A stretch of 59,628 nucleotides of DNA, counting the filler. It is 6 parts of 6 records of this genome, joined end to end, with 100 filler letters (N's around TTAATTAATTAA, not from the genome) between each part and the next. Parts side by side here need not be neighbours in the genome. Positions count along the whole stretch, not along the records: positions 1 to 6,821 come from SRR2962707_2715; positions 6,922 to 18,984 come from SRR2962707_2722; 4 more parts are not named here. One strand, written 5' to 3'. Position 1 is the stretch's first letter. Each line of letters opens with the position of its first letter. A model generated the notes under the pieces. The model saw only the letters and a program-made list of their open reading frames with translations. It ran no database searches and was not told the DNA's origin. Below are positions 1 to 10,298 of the stretch, one piece after another. The position numbers and the translations under genes were made by a program.

Positions 1-22
1 CTCTCTCTCTCTCTCTCTCTCT
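1..22. repeat. (CT)n microsatellite at contig end
   Basis: 11 perfect CT units at the start of the window; likely cause of the assembly break. Confidence 0.95.
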
Positions 23-357
23 TGAGTCTCCCTCTCAAACTTCAGTGTGTGCGTCTGTGTCTGCGTCTCTCCGCCTTGCTGCCTTGGTCTCGCGAGCTAC
101 ACTCGGCGAATCTCGACGTTAGTTCTCGAGTGCACTTTGTGTGCGGGAACAGAGTCCTGCTTTCTTTGTGTTTTGTTTGTTTTGTTTTTGTTTTACTGGT
201 TTTTGCTCTTTCAAGCTTTGTTGGCTTCGGATTTTTTTTTTTGAACAGTTTCGTAAAGTGTGACCCAGTCACAAAAGAAGAAAGTCCGAGTATCGAGGCG
301 CTTGCCTGTGTGCGCGTGTGTGCAGCCACGCAGGAGAACGACCAGAATCCTCATACC

Positions 358-2571
358 ATGATGTTGGGTGTGCGCCCTCTGAAGCTGCTGATACTCGCCG
401 CTGCTTTGCTGGGCCTTTGCACACGAAGCCTCCTCGCTGAGGCAGGTGCGAAGATGAAAGCGACTCGCACGCGCCACGAAGACGAGGGCGACGTACCTCT
501 GACGGATTTCGAGACCACTCTCGATGCCAAGGTCATGCCGACAGGCCGAGTGCCCGAAGGTGTCATCAACCCGTACGTGACGAGCTCGAAGCTCGTGACG
601 AAGAAGCGGACGATCTTGGTGAGTGCACCACCGGCAGTCGCAGAAGGCGGCGAAGCCTCTCAGATTGAGGTCAGCGTCAGCCGGTACGACACCTTCGATG
701 ACATCATGCAGCAAGTGGAGGACAAGCTCGGTGTGAAAGAGGGTGACGGAGCGTGGCGCCTTGTGTCGGCGACCACCGGGCAAACTTTGCAGGTGAAAGA
801 TCTGGGGTGGCTGGCGGATGGGTCGAACGTGCGGCTTGTTCTTCCGGGACAAGGTGACGAGCACCTGATTAGCGTGCGCACGATTTCTGTGCTGAGAAAC
901 GGTGAGGTGGACGGTGGTGTGAACTATCGGCTCACGCCCCACGACACCTGCGCTTCTGTGATTGAAGCGACTGGGCGCGACGTCGGTATTGACAAGGCTC
1001 ACATGGATGACGATCCGCAGTTGTTCGACGAAGGAGGCCTGCGTCTCACCGATGCAGATCTTGGCTGGCTTGACGATGGTGCGAAGGTGTGGATTGTGCC
1101 ATCCCACAGGTACTACTTGTGGCCCAAGTATGATGTTGGGCAAACGATTCGGATCCAGCACCCCGAGTCGCCGATCCCAGGCAAGCAAATTGAGCTCACT
1201 ACGTTGAGCAACACGCCGAAGCTCATTCAAATCGACAATTTTATGTCCGACGAAGAAATGCAACACCTCATCGATAGGGCATCGGAGCGTCTGGAGCAGT
1301 CGGTCACTGGTGCAAACGCTGACGGAACTCACACGCACCGCACCAGCACCAACGCCTGGGAAAGCAACACGGCGATTTCCAAACGTTTGATCCATCGTGC
1401 TTTCTCTCTTGCTCGCGTCCCGTACGTTTGCAAGAGCGGTGGAGATTGTGCGCGTCTCCAAGTTTTCATGCAAGATTTTCTTTGTTTTTACCCATGTTGC
1501 ATTTATCATTGGGTGCTCTGGCTCGTGCAGATACAAAGACAACCAGCGTGATGCGATCCAAATTCTTCACTACGGCCATGGAGATCGGTACATTGTTCAC
1601 ACGGACTGGTTTTCCGCTGGAGGTTATGAAGGATGGAATACGTCTGTCATTGGCAACACCAACCGCTACGCTACCGTATTCTTCTACCTCAACGACGTCG
1701 AAGCTGGGGGCCACACTGTGTTCCCGCGAGCAACGGTATGTTCCGATCGTTTCTCTGCGTCGAGACCATGTTGGTACATCTTGCCTCATCGACAGTCTCA
1801 CGCGTCTTTTGAACTCACTCGCAAAGGCTGCTCCTCCGCACGACATGACGTACACTGTGACCGAAGAGCAATGGGAGTCGCTGCCTGACGAAGCAAAAGT
1901 GATGAAAGAGTGCAAGCCTGGGTCTCCCGGCATTCATGTTCCTGCCAAAAAGGGCACAGTCAGTACAAACAATGTTGAGATGGCACATGCTTGCCGCCCG
2001 CGCTCCTGGCGCAAAGTGCTAAACGTTCTGAAACATCGTTCGTTTGTGTGTTTTCTCTGTTCACACGTCGTACAGGCAATCATCTTCTATAGTTCCGACG
2101 CTTTTGGAAATCTTGACCCTCTGTCGGAACACGGCGCCTGCCCAATAATCTCTGGCGAAAAGTGGGGGGCCAACGTGCGTTGCTTTGCTGCTGCCTTCTT
2201 GGTTTGGTCCACACGCTCTGTGTCTGTTTTCAAACTCGCAACGTCTTTCAGCTCCAGTACAAATGCAAACACAAACGCAGGTCTGGATTTGGAACTACAA
2301 GCGACCACCGATGAAGTCCAACAAGAAGAACCCGCGCGCCATATCGTTTTCATTTCACAACAAACGGCCTCAGGCAGTGGACCTTTCCTACTCTCCGGGA
2401 AAAGGCGAAGAAGACCAGTTCTTCTCGACGATCGACCCGGATGCAGAATATTCAGTTACCACCTACTCCGGTCACGGGTGGACAATAAGAGAGCATGGCA
2501 AGGACGAAGTTGTTGATCGTTTCATTGTCCCACCGAAATCGAAGGGTGTCACTTCGCTCGACATCTTGTAA
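358..2571 (+). CDS. Eukaryotic prolyl 4-hydroxylase (Fe/2OG dioxygenase), 5 exons: 358-1421, 1531-1735, 1827-1958, 2076-2174, 2281-2571 (596 aa). Architecture: signal peptide, two Ub-like repeats, P4Hc domain, VHL-beta-like C-terminal domain
   Basis: Four GT-AG introns (109, 91, 117, 106 nt) join into a 1791-nt frame. Splicing restores the P4H motifs: IQILHY..GDRYIVHTDWF (HxD), RYATVFFYLNDVEAGGHTVFP, KKGTAIIFYS, SEHGACPIISGEKWGANVWIWN (distal His and 2OG-binding Lys). N-terminus MMLGVRPLKLLILAAALLGLC is hydrophobic. Confidence 0.9.
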
Positions 2572-2729
2572 AGCGTGTCACAATGGCACTAGCCAGCACG
2601 TCTTCTGTTCGTGCCAGTTGGTTCCGGCCTCGCTGTTTCCAATGGCCATGCGTATGTTGATAAATAAATACTGTCTTGATCAAGCGCTGCGTTTATTATT
2701 AAAATACGTGTTCAAAATTATTCAAGGTG

Positions 2730-5700
2730 TTACACAGGTGATGTGCTGCGGCTCGAGTCTTCGTCAATCGGCACAAACACGCTGCCCACACTCGCGCGCA
2801 ACTCCATTCCGGATTCTCCAATACTATTGCTTAGTAATCCTTCGTCATCTTCTTGAGCATCGTGTTCCTCTGTTGCCCTGAATGAGACGAATTCCATCAC
2901 ACCAACCGGTCAGCGCATCAGAACAGCTCAGCGGTAGCCGCGAGAAAAAAAAAAAAATATGACGCACGGTTGAAGTCCGAAGTCAAGAGGTTGGCTGCGC
3001 ACAGACAAACTCCCGACACGATAGGAGTTACGAGACGGCGAGGTTTCCTCTTCGAAACGAGGGCACGGGCAGCAGCGCTTTTTTTGGCTCGCACTGGAAC
3101 CGTAAATACTTTTAAAGATGGCAGCTGTGTACCTGCATGTTTGTTGAGCAATCGCAACGGACCGCGTGTAGGTCAAACATACTGACGAACCACAAGGACA
3201 CGGTCGGACATCAAAGGAGCCATAATGCATCGGATGGCGCTCTACACGTACACGTGATCGAGTTGCCTGCGTGTGACCATCCCAACTGCTTCACATTCCG
3301 ACGCAGAGGACTCGTCTGTAATCACCATGTGCCGCAGACCCAAATGTCGGAACACCTTGAACGTGCGCATCAGAGGCGCATGCGCGGGGTCGGTGTAGGG
3401 GATTCCCATGTACCTAACGATAAAAAATCACAAGCTGGAAGTTCATAACATGCAGGTGAAGAAAATACATGAGCAGGCAATACTTCCCACTGGTACATAC
3501 GGCGAAAGGTCAATCCAACTGTTTCGCTGCTCGGGTGTTAAGGTGTCACGAATGTCTGCAATGTCTGGGTAACGTGGATAGGTTTTCTCGAGCGTCCCGA
3601 ATCCGACAAGTTTTCGTTTATCAGTCAAAAACTTTTCGAAAAGTTTCGCACTGTGTACGTCTACTTCCGCCGGGCGCTCAGACGCTGGGTAACTACCGTT
3701 CAAGTGGTTGCAAGTCGTGAAACACTGGGTAAGCGCAAGAGGCGATGCTTCAAGCGCGCCACAAAAAAAAGTTGCGGGCAGTGAATCGACAACGAGACCA
3801 GCCACGATCATTCGAAGCAGTGTCTTACCGCACGGTTTCGATGGCGCGCTTTGATAGCAGCACCAGAAGGTGATTTCGTAGCATGATTCCAGACAGCTTC
3901 CCCTTTACAAGGGCATTCCAATTCAGGTCCGCAGGGGGCTCATGTCTTTGTTCAGCGGGTCGAATAATGACAGGAAATCCGTGGCACTTTGTGTTGCACA
4001 GAATTTGAAATATCCGCTCGACCTTCTCCACCTGTCGAAGGCAGATCGGATCCTTCTTCATCACGTCCTGAGTCAGCAGATGATGGAAGTACTTGGGCGC
4101 ACTCCACTCCAGAAAGCTGACACGCTTCTCGTCAATGTATCTATGAACAGCGTCAGTGTCAAGTCAGAAAGAATATCGCCTGGGGCTCGTTTGCCACGGT
4201 GAAGGTGCACTGCGCCTGAAGTCGCACCGGTCATAGAGGCCATGCCCAAATCGTGAGGAAACCCACTTCGCCACGAAGAGCGCAAACATTATCGGCAATG
4301 CTAGATTCAGACCGTTGGTGCACTCAACGACAATCACCGTTAAGGATATGACCATGTGCGTGACGCCTCCCAGCATACTGGCAGCGCCAACAACAGCGTA
4401 AACGCCAGGGTCGACAGTGAAGTTCGAAATCGCCCTGTGTTGAATAATAACGTCAAGGATTCTGAGCGCATGATTAACGAGTCGAATCCAGCGCGCTAAG
4501 GAGCACATTCAAGTGGCTGAACAATTCGCAAGGGAAGCAACAACTCACCCCGAAGCATTGTAATGGTTGTCGTAGTATCCTTGAAGCGCCCCATCGTAGA
4601 GCTGACCAAACAGCCGTCCCATCAAGGCTCCACACATGAGTGACGGCACAAAAACACCAGCCGGGACTCCAAGTCCGAAAGTGATGCACGTCAAAAACGA
4701 AAAGAACACAAACGCGATTCCCAAAGTCGCGTCAGAAAACGCAGTATAGTAAATGGTCGAAGCGACTTCTGGTGAGTAAGAAAAGTAAAACAGCTGCTTG
4801 ATGGCGCTCTCGAATCCGGTGAACGTTAACGTTGCCAGCTGAAACACAGGAACGCAAATCATAATTTTGAGGGCCCTTTGAAACAGAAAACAGGTGGACT
4901 GCAACTAGGTGCAAGCAAAAAGTCATTGGTGCACACCTGATTGTAGTATTGCCCTTGGTCGTCTTCATCAGAGCAATAGAAGGTTACAAACGACGTCCCT
5001 TCGATGCGACGGTCTTCGGGAGGCATTGGAACGCACTCTCCAAAAAACAACGGCAGCCCGAACGCAACCAGCGAAACGAGCACCGATATGCACATTGCTT
5101 CGAGTAAACTTCGACATCTTGAGCTGTGGATATGCTTCATTCGCCACAGCAAGATCTTGTGGTTGGAAAAGTTGAACAAAGCGCCAGCAAAACCGCCAAT
5201 GACTCCGATACAAACAAACATTGGCAAGTCCCACCAATGGTAATAAAACTGCAAAGATTTATCCGTCGCAAAAGTGCCTGATGTATCAATCGTAAACCAC
5301 AGGGGCCGTTGTCATTCAAACCGAAGCGCAACGGCGCCAAATTCACCGAGCAGAGGCAACACTAGTACGAGTTCATGTTCATGACGATTTTCAAATTCTG
5401 CCCCTGTACACACCTGGGGCCGACAGGTTTGTTGCAAAACCACTTGAGTCCCAAAACCCCTCCTCATTAACCCCGGACATGATAAGCGTGGATAGAAAGC
5501 ACGCGAGAATCGTGCAGAAAAACGTCTGCGTTGTGAGATTGGGATGCCACCATGAAGCCCCCTCTTCCAGGCAAAATAGCACACCGCCAATAGGTGCACC
5601 AAACGCGGCTGACACGCCGGCTGCAGCACCACATGCAATGAAGTCAAGCTTTGCCTTGTCGTTTCGAAACTTGTCAACCTTGGACCATTTGCCAATCGTC

Positions 5701-6492
5701 GTTTTTCCCTACGAAGGCAATGGGCAGCACACACAAAAGTGAGTCGAGAGCCAATGAATGCGCTTGAATAAACCGCAAGAACTGCACTGTATTATTCACC
5801 TGCGAGATGCCGGCACCAACCACCGCGCCAGAATGGATCATTGGTCCCTCTTTGCCGACGGGAAGACCACTCGCCGATGCACCAATGACCCCCAACACTT
5901 TCATCGCTAAGGTTTTGACACGAACCGCATACTTAATCTTCACGCCATTCAACCAACACCGCACCTCTGGGATTCCCGAGCCCGCTGCGATGCGCGCCCC
6001 GAAAATTACGGTGAAGCACGCCAATATGACGAGAACCAGGTTGAAGGCGATGTAGACCATGCAGGTGACGCCAAGGTTGCGCGAGCCGGCCATCTCACTC
6101 TCGATGAGCGGGTTCACGACTTTGATAAACTTGAGGTACATGATCAGGCGCGCTGCCCACGTGATGACCACCGCCGCAAGACTCGTGAACACAGCCACTC
6201 CACACAAAAACAACCAGCGGCGGGCTTTGCTCAGGTTGGCCTTGGATTTCTTCACGCTCAGGTCCGAGATTTGCCGGAGCTGGTGGACGGCGCTGCTCAG
6301 CTCGTCGACGTCGATGCTCTCGAAGTCGACCGTGCGCTCCTCGACTTCGACAGCGCCGGTTCCGTAGGTACCGGCCCAGTTTTCATCCCGGCGCTTCGTG
6401 ATCCACCGGGTCTGGATGGGATCCAGACCGTCGTCTGTGTCGGCTGTCCCGCTCGACGCCGAGCGGCCGCGCCGGCGTCTAGCGCCACTCAT
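2730..6492 (-). CDS. CLC family chloride/proton antiporter (CLC-6/7-like) with two CBS domains. About 9 introns: 5799-5709, 5413-5278, 4936-4839, 4548-4435, 4227-4141, ~3833-3725, 3500-3414, 3251-3133, 2967-2878
   Basis: Signature motifs GSGIPE, GKEGPMIHSG, GVSAAFGAPIGGVLFCLEE, GVPAGVFVP, YAVVGAAS and GLYD are present, plus CBS2 FKVFRHLGLRHMV..VGMVTRR. All introns are GT-AG with consistent phase. Intron 6 and the last two exons are less certain; there is an alternative stop near 3242 if intron 8 is not spliced. Confidence 0.88.
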
Positions 6493-6795
6493 TGTGAGGG
6501 TCGACGCTTTGCGTCTTTGACGAGTGACCGCGAGTCTGGTCCCGTCACGCAGGCGCGTCGGCAGGAGTTCCAGAGTGCCCAGACTCTATGCGCCGGGGGT
6601 CTCCGAAGTCAAAAGAAACCGGCGAGAAAGAGAGCTGGCGAAAGAACGTGGAAAAAAAAGGCCCGTGCTTTCCAGTTCCCCACGAACGAACGGCGAAGAA
6701 AAAAAAAAAGAAAGGGACCGAAATACTCGCGGCAACGACAACGACGAACCAAAACACGGAGAGCCGAGCCACAAGTCGCAGGAGGCCAACGCAGC

Positions 6796-6821
6796 CACTC
6801 ACTCACTCACTCACTCACTCA
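6796..6821. repeat. (CACT)n microsatellite at contig end
   Basis: Tandem CACT/ACTC units running into the N gap. Confidence 0.9.
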
Positions 6822-6921
6822 NNNNNNNNNNNNNNNNNNNNNNNNNNNNNNNNNNNNNNNNNNNNTTAATTAATTAANNNNNNNNNNNNNNNNNNNNNNN
6901 NNNNNNNNNNNNNNNNNNNNN
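6822..6921. other. Artificial contig linker
   Basis: 100-nt N run with central TTAATTAATTAA (stops in all six frames); composition changes abruptly across it. Confidence 0.98.
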
Positions 6922-6950
6922 GCGGTGGTGTAGAGATCGTGAACAGGCTC

Positions 6951-7355
6951 TTAACCACCGCGCCGGCTGTCGCGCAGGGCCCGCAACACGTGACCGCGAG
7001 TCAGTAAACCGATCAGCCGGCGCTTCTCGTCCACCACCGGATAGATTTTCGGCTTCTGTTTGAGCATCAGCTCCGCCAGATCCACCAACGATTCCTCCAC
7101 GTCCACGGTGAGCGGATCACCGTGCATCACCTGCTCCACACGCACCGCGCCTTCACTGTGATAGCTGGAAACCAGCAGTTGCCGCAGGCAATCCTGCTCC
7201 GACACGAAGCCGATGACACGGGTTTCGTTATCCACCACCGGCAAACCGGTGATGCGGTATTGCAGCAGCGTGTCCACCACCAGGGTGAGGTCCATATCGG
7301 CCGGGATGGACATGGGATGCTTGATCATCACGTCTTTCACCAACAGACCCGCCAT
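6951..7355 (-). CDS. CBS domain-pair protein
   Basis: VKDVM..., ITGLPVVD..RVIGFVSEQD, IYPVVDEKRRLIGLLTRGHVL; GGGAG RBS upstream of ATG 7355. Confidence 0.9.
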   Translation of the reverse strand: MAGLLVKDVMIKHPMSIPADMDLTLVVDTLLQYRITGLPVVDNETRVIGFVSEQDCLRQLLVSSYHSEGAVRVEQVMHGDPLTVDVEESLVDLAELMLKQKPKIYPVVDEKRRLIGLLTRGHVLRALRDSRRGG

Positions 7356-7598
7356 AATGCTTCTCCCTACATCGCGATACTGCAAAAGCCTTCACAGGGC
7401 CCTTTCCCAACCCTTTTCGGGGTAGCCGCCATGGACGGTGGCCATAAAAATCGTCCTTGTTTCGACTATAGCACCCCGGCCAGCCGAGTGAAGCGCAAGA
7501 GCCGGTCTTAGGGCTCTTACGGATGACGCCCCTCCCCCGGCTCCCTACAATGGGTCGAACCCGTCGAAGGACAGGGCGGACAGGGACAAGGAGACACT

Positions 7599-10298
7599 AT
7601 GGGGCTTCGCTGGTTTATGTCGATGGCCGGGCTGCTGCTGGCTTTCGCCGGCCAGGCCAACGCGGCCACCGAAACCACCTGCGCCCGGGAACAACGGCAG
7701 TTGGAGCAATGGGAACAGCAAACCGTCAGCATGGATCGGCAGGTGGAGCCCCTGCAGCGTTTGCTGGACGGAACGCCCATTGCTCCGGACACGTTGAATC
7801 AGGCGCTTGGCGCACCGGCGGACGCCGCCAACCGGCCTCCGCCCGGCCCCATCACGCCACCCTCGCTGAGCTGCGAACAATTGGAGGAGCGCCTCAATCA
7901 GGCGGTTACCGAACGCCGTGGCGTCCGCGCCCTGCTTGATGACCAACGCGACCAATGGTTTTCCCTGTCCCGTCAGGAACGCGCCGCCGCATTGGCGTTG
8001 CTTGAGGAATACCAGTCCCTGACGGCCCTGGAAACCGATCCGCTGGTCCCCTCCGGGCCATTGCGTGATCATCTCACCGCGCTGATCGCCCTGCTCCCGC
8101 CCTTGCGCAACCAACCGGCCAACGCGGCCCGCCAGATCGACGTTCTCTGGCCGCCGCCGGTGGCGGACATCCAGGCGGATATCCCCGCCCCGCAACGTCT
8201 GGCGCTATGGCGTCACCACTATGAAACCCGGCGGCAACAATTGGCGCTGCGCTCGGGGCTGTGGCAGCGCCAGGGCGTGCTGCGACTGTGGCTCAGCTAC
8301 GCGCCGGCGGAGTGGCTCCCGCTGCTCGGCCTGGAGGCACGGATGACCGTCGACCGCCTCCATCAGGGTTTGGCGCAGACCTACCGGGAATGGACTCTGA
8401 ACCGGGAGATACGCCATTACACCCCGCTGGTCAGCAATGCTCTGGCGGTGATACTCGGTCTCGCCATCCTGGCGCTGGTGATGAAACTGGGCCGGCGCGG
8501 CCGCCGTGCCCTGCTTCGCCTGCATGAGCGTCTGGTTTCCCGGGCTGGCCAGAAGCGCTGGCTGTGGAACGCCAGCCGGCTGCTCAGCGGCATCGCGCCC
8601 CTGGTGCCCTGGCTGCTGCTCTGGCTGGTGATCCATCTGCTGGCACCGTTGCTCGATTCCCCGTCCACCCAGGTGGTGCGCTGGCTGTTGCCGCTGGCAC
8701 GCCTGTATGTGCTGTTCGGTCTGCTGTGGTTATTCGGAGAATGGCTGGTGTTCCGGGTTTGCCAGAGCGCCCACAGCTATCTCAACGATGCCCAGATCAC
8801 CGAGGCCAGCGCTCTGGCCCGCCGTCAGGCACTGTGGATGATGCTGCCGTGGGCGCTATGGTTCGCGGTGGACCGGCTGATTGGCCAATCTCTTATCGGT
8901 TTGCTCTGCACGGTGCTGGTGGGAGTGTGTCTTTATGTCGCCATCGGCCGGCTGCTGGCGTTCCGCCGTGACGATTATCTGCTGTGTTTACAGAATATTC
9001 TGCCATCGGTCCTGGATCCGGTGGCGGAGCGCCTGCTCAAGGGCCTGCGTTTTGGCTGGACCGCACCGGTGCTGTTACCGGTGGCGCTGGTGAATTTTCT
9101 GTTTCATTACCTGGACATGCTGCTCGGTGAACTGGATTGGTACCTGCGCCTCAAGGCGCGCTGGTTCCGGTTACGCACCAAAGGGGTCGGAGAGGATGAG
9201 GAGCCGGTTCGGGAAGACACCAGCGAGGCCGGAAAGGAATATCAAAAGTGGTTCGCCAATCAGTTGCCGGACGACCAGGAAACCCCGTTTATCGACACCG
9301 GCCTGCTCAATGCGATGATCAAGGCGGTGGAGCAATGGCATTCTGAAAGCGTGGAAGAAAACGCTTTGCTGGTGACCGGCGAAAAGGGCAGTGGTAAAAG
9401 CATGGCCATGCGCAAGCTGGTCAGCAAAATGGAAAAAGAACAACCGGACCTGCGCCTGGTGACAGTATCGGTGCCGCCGCGCACGGTGACACCGGAAGCG
9501 GTGACCTCGATGATCGCCGACGCTCTCGGCGAATCCCTGGACGAAGGCCCCGCCAGCCTGGTAAAGAACGACGAGCAGCGCCCGCCCACCCTGCTGATCC
9601 TGGACGAAACGCAAAACTGCTTCCTCGCCCGTATCGGCGGGCTGGAAGGCTGGCAGACCTTGCTCACGCTCACCAACGCCCGTCTGGATAACCTGTTCTG
9701 GCTGGTATTGATCAACAACCAGAGCTGGTCCTATCTCTCCAATGTGTTCGGCCGTGACTACCAGTTCCGCCGGGTCATCAAGGTGAAACGCTGGGATCAA
9801 AGCGAGATCCGCTCACTGATCCTGTCACGCCACCACCTCAGCAAGCAGAAGCTGCGCTACGATGATCTGCTGCTGTCCTCGCGGGGTCCGGAGGCCGGCA
9901 ATATGCGCAATGCGGAACAGCGCTATTTCAGTTTGCTGTGGGACGCCTGTGGCGGCAACCCGATGGTCGCGCTGAAACTGTGGCTGACATCGATCAAGGT
10001 CACCCCCCGGCAGGTGCTGGTGGGCCTGCCGGCACAGCCTTCGTCGGCACTGGCCGCCGGCCAGTCCGGCGATTCCCTGATGTTCGTCTACGCCGCCATC
10101 GTCAGCCATGAGAATCTGTCCGGCGATGAAATCGTCGCTGTCACCGACCTCTCCGAGAATGTAGTGCGTTCCGCGCTCAAGGCAGGCCAGGACGCCGGGT
10201 TCATCTATAAGGGGGAAGACAGCCGCTACCGGGTGGTGCCGATGTGGTATCGCACCGTGATCAATCAACTGAACAGGAAGAATCTGCTCCATGAATGA
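7599..10298 (+). CDS. Large membrane protein: signal peptide, periplasmic helical region, multiple TM helices, P-loop NTPase, C-terminal winged-helix-like region
   Basis: Signal peptide ending AGQANA; several hydrophobic segments; Walker A GEKGSGKS (9378-9401); Walker B LLILDE; AAGGAG RBS. Confidence 0.8.
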   Translation: MGLRWFMSMAGLLLAFAGQANAATETTCAREQRQLEQWEQQTVSMDRQVEPLQRLLDGTPIAPDTLNQALGAPADAANRPPPGPITPPSLSCEQLEERLNQAVTERRGVRALLDDQRDQWFSLSRQERAAALALLEEYQSLTALETDPLVPSGPLRDHLTALIALLPPLRNQPANAARQIDVLWPPPVADIQADIPAPQRLALWRHHYETRRQQLALRSGLWQRQGVLRLWLSYAPAEWLPLLGLEARMTVDRLHQGLAQTYREWTLNREIRHYTPLVSNALAVILGLAILALVMKLGRRGRRALLRLHERLVSRAGQKRWLWNASRLLSGIAPLVPWLLLWLVIHLLAPLLDSPSTQVVRWLLPLARLYVLFGLLWLFGEWLVFRVCQSAHSYLNDAQITEASALARRQALWMMLPWALWFAVDRLIGQSLIGLLCTVLVGVCLYVAIGRLLAFRRDDYLLCLQNILPSVLDPVAERLLKGLRFGWTAPVLLPVALVNFLFHYLDMLLGELDWYLRLKARWFRLRTKGVGEDEEPVREDTSEAGKEYQKWFANQLPDDQETPFIDTGLLNAMIKAVEQWHSESVEENALLVTGEKGSGKSMAMRKLVSKMEKEQPDLRLVTVSVPPRTVTPEAVTSMIADALGESLDEGPASLVKNDEQRPPTLLILDETQNCFLARIGGLEGWQTLLTLTNARLDNLFWLVLINNQSWSYLSNVFGRDYQFRRVIKVKRWDQSEIRSLILSRHHLSKQKLRYDDLLLSSRGPEAGNMRNAEQRYFSLLWDACGGNPMVALKLWLTSIKVTPRQVLVGLPAQPSSALAAGQSGDSLMFVYAAIVSHENLSGDEIVAVTDLSENVVRSALKAGQDAGFIYKGEDSRYRVVPMWYRTVINQLNRKNLLHE

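Noticed and set aside
22-357. N-terminal extension of ORF 22..1551
   Set aside because: TTG start beside a microsatellite and T-rich low-complexity sequence. The signal peptide begins at ATG 358, and the ORF's C-terminal end is read-through into intron 1
6822-6921. TTAATTAATTAA palindrome repeated five times in the window
   Set aside because: Synthetic six-frame-stop linker inside N runs, not biological
6500-7000. Apparent eukaryote-bacterium junction suggesting horizontal transfer
   Set aside because: The two sides are separated by the artificial linker; there is no physical linkage
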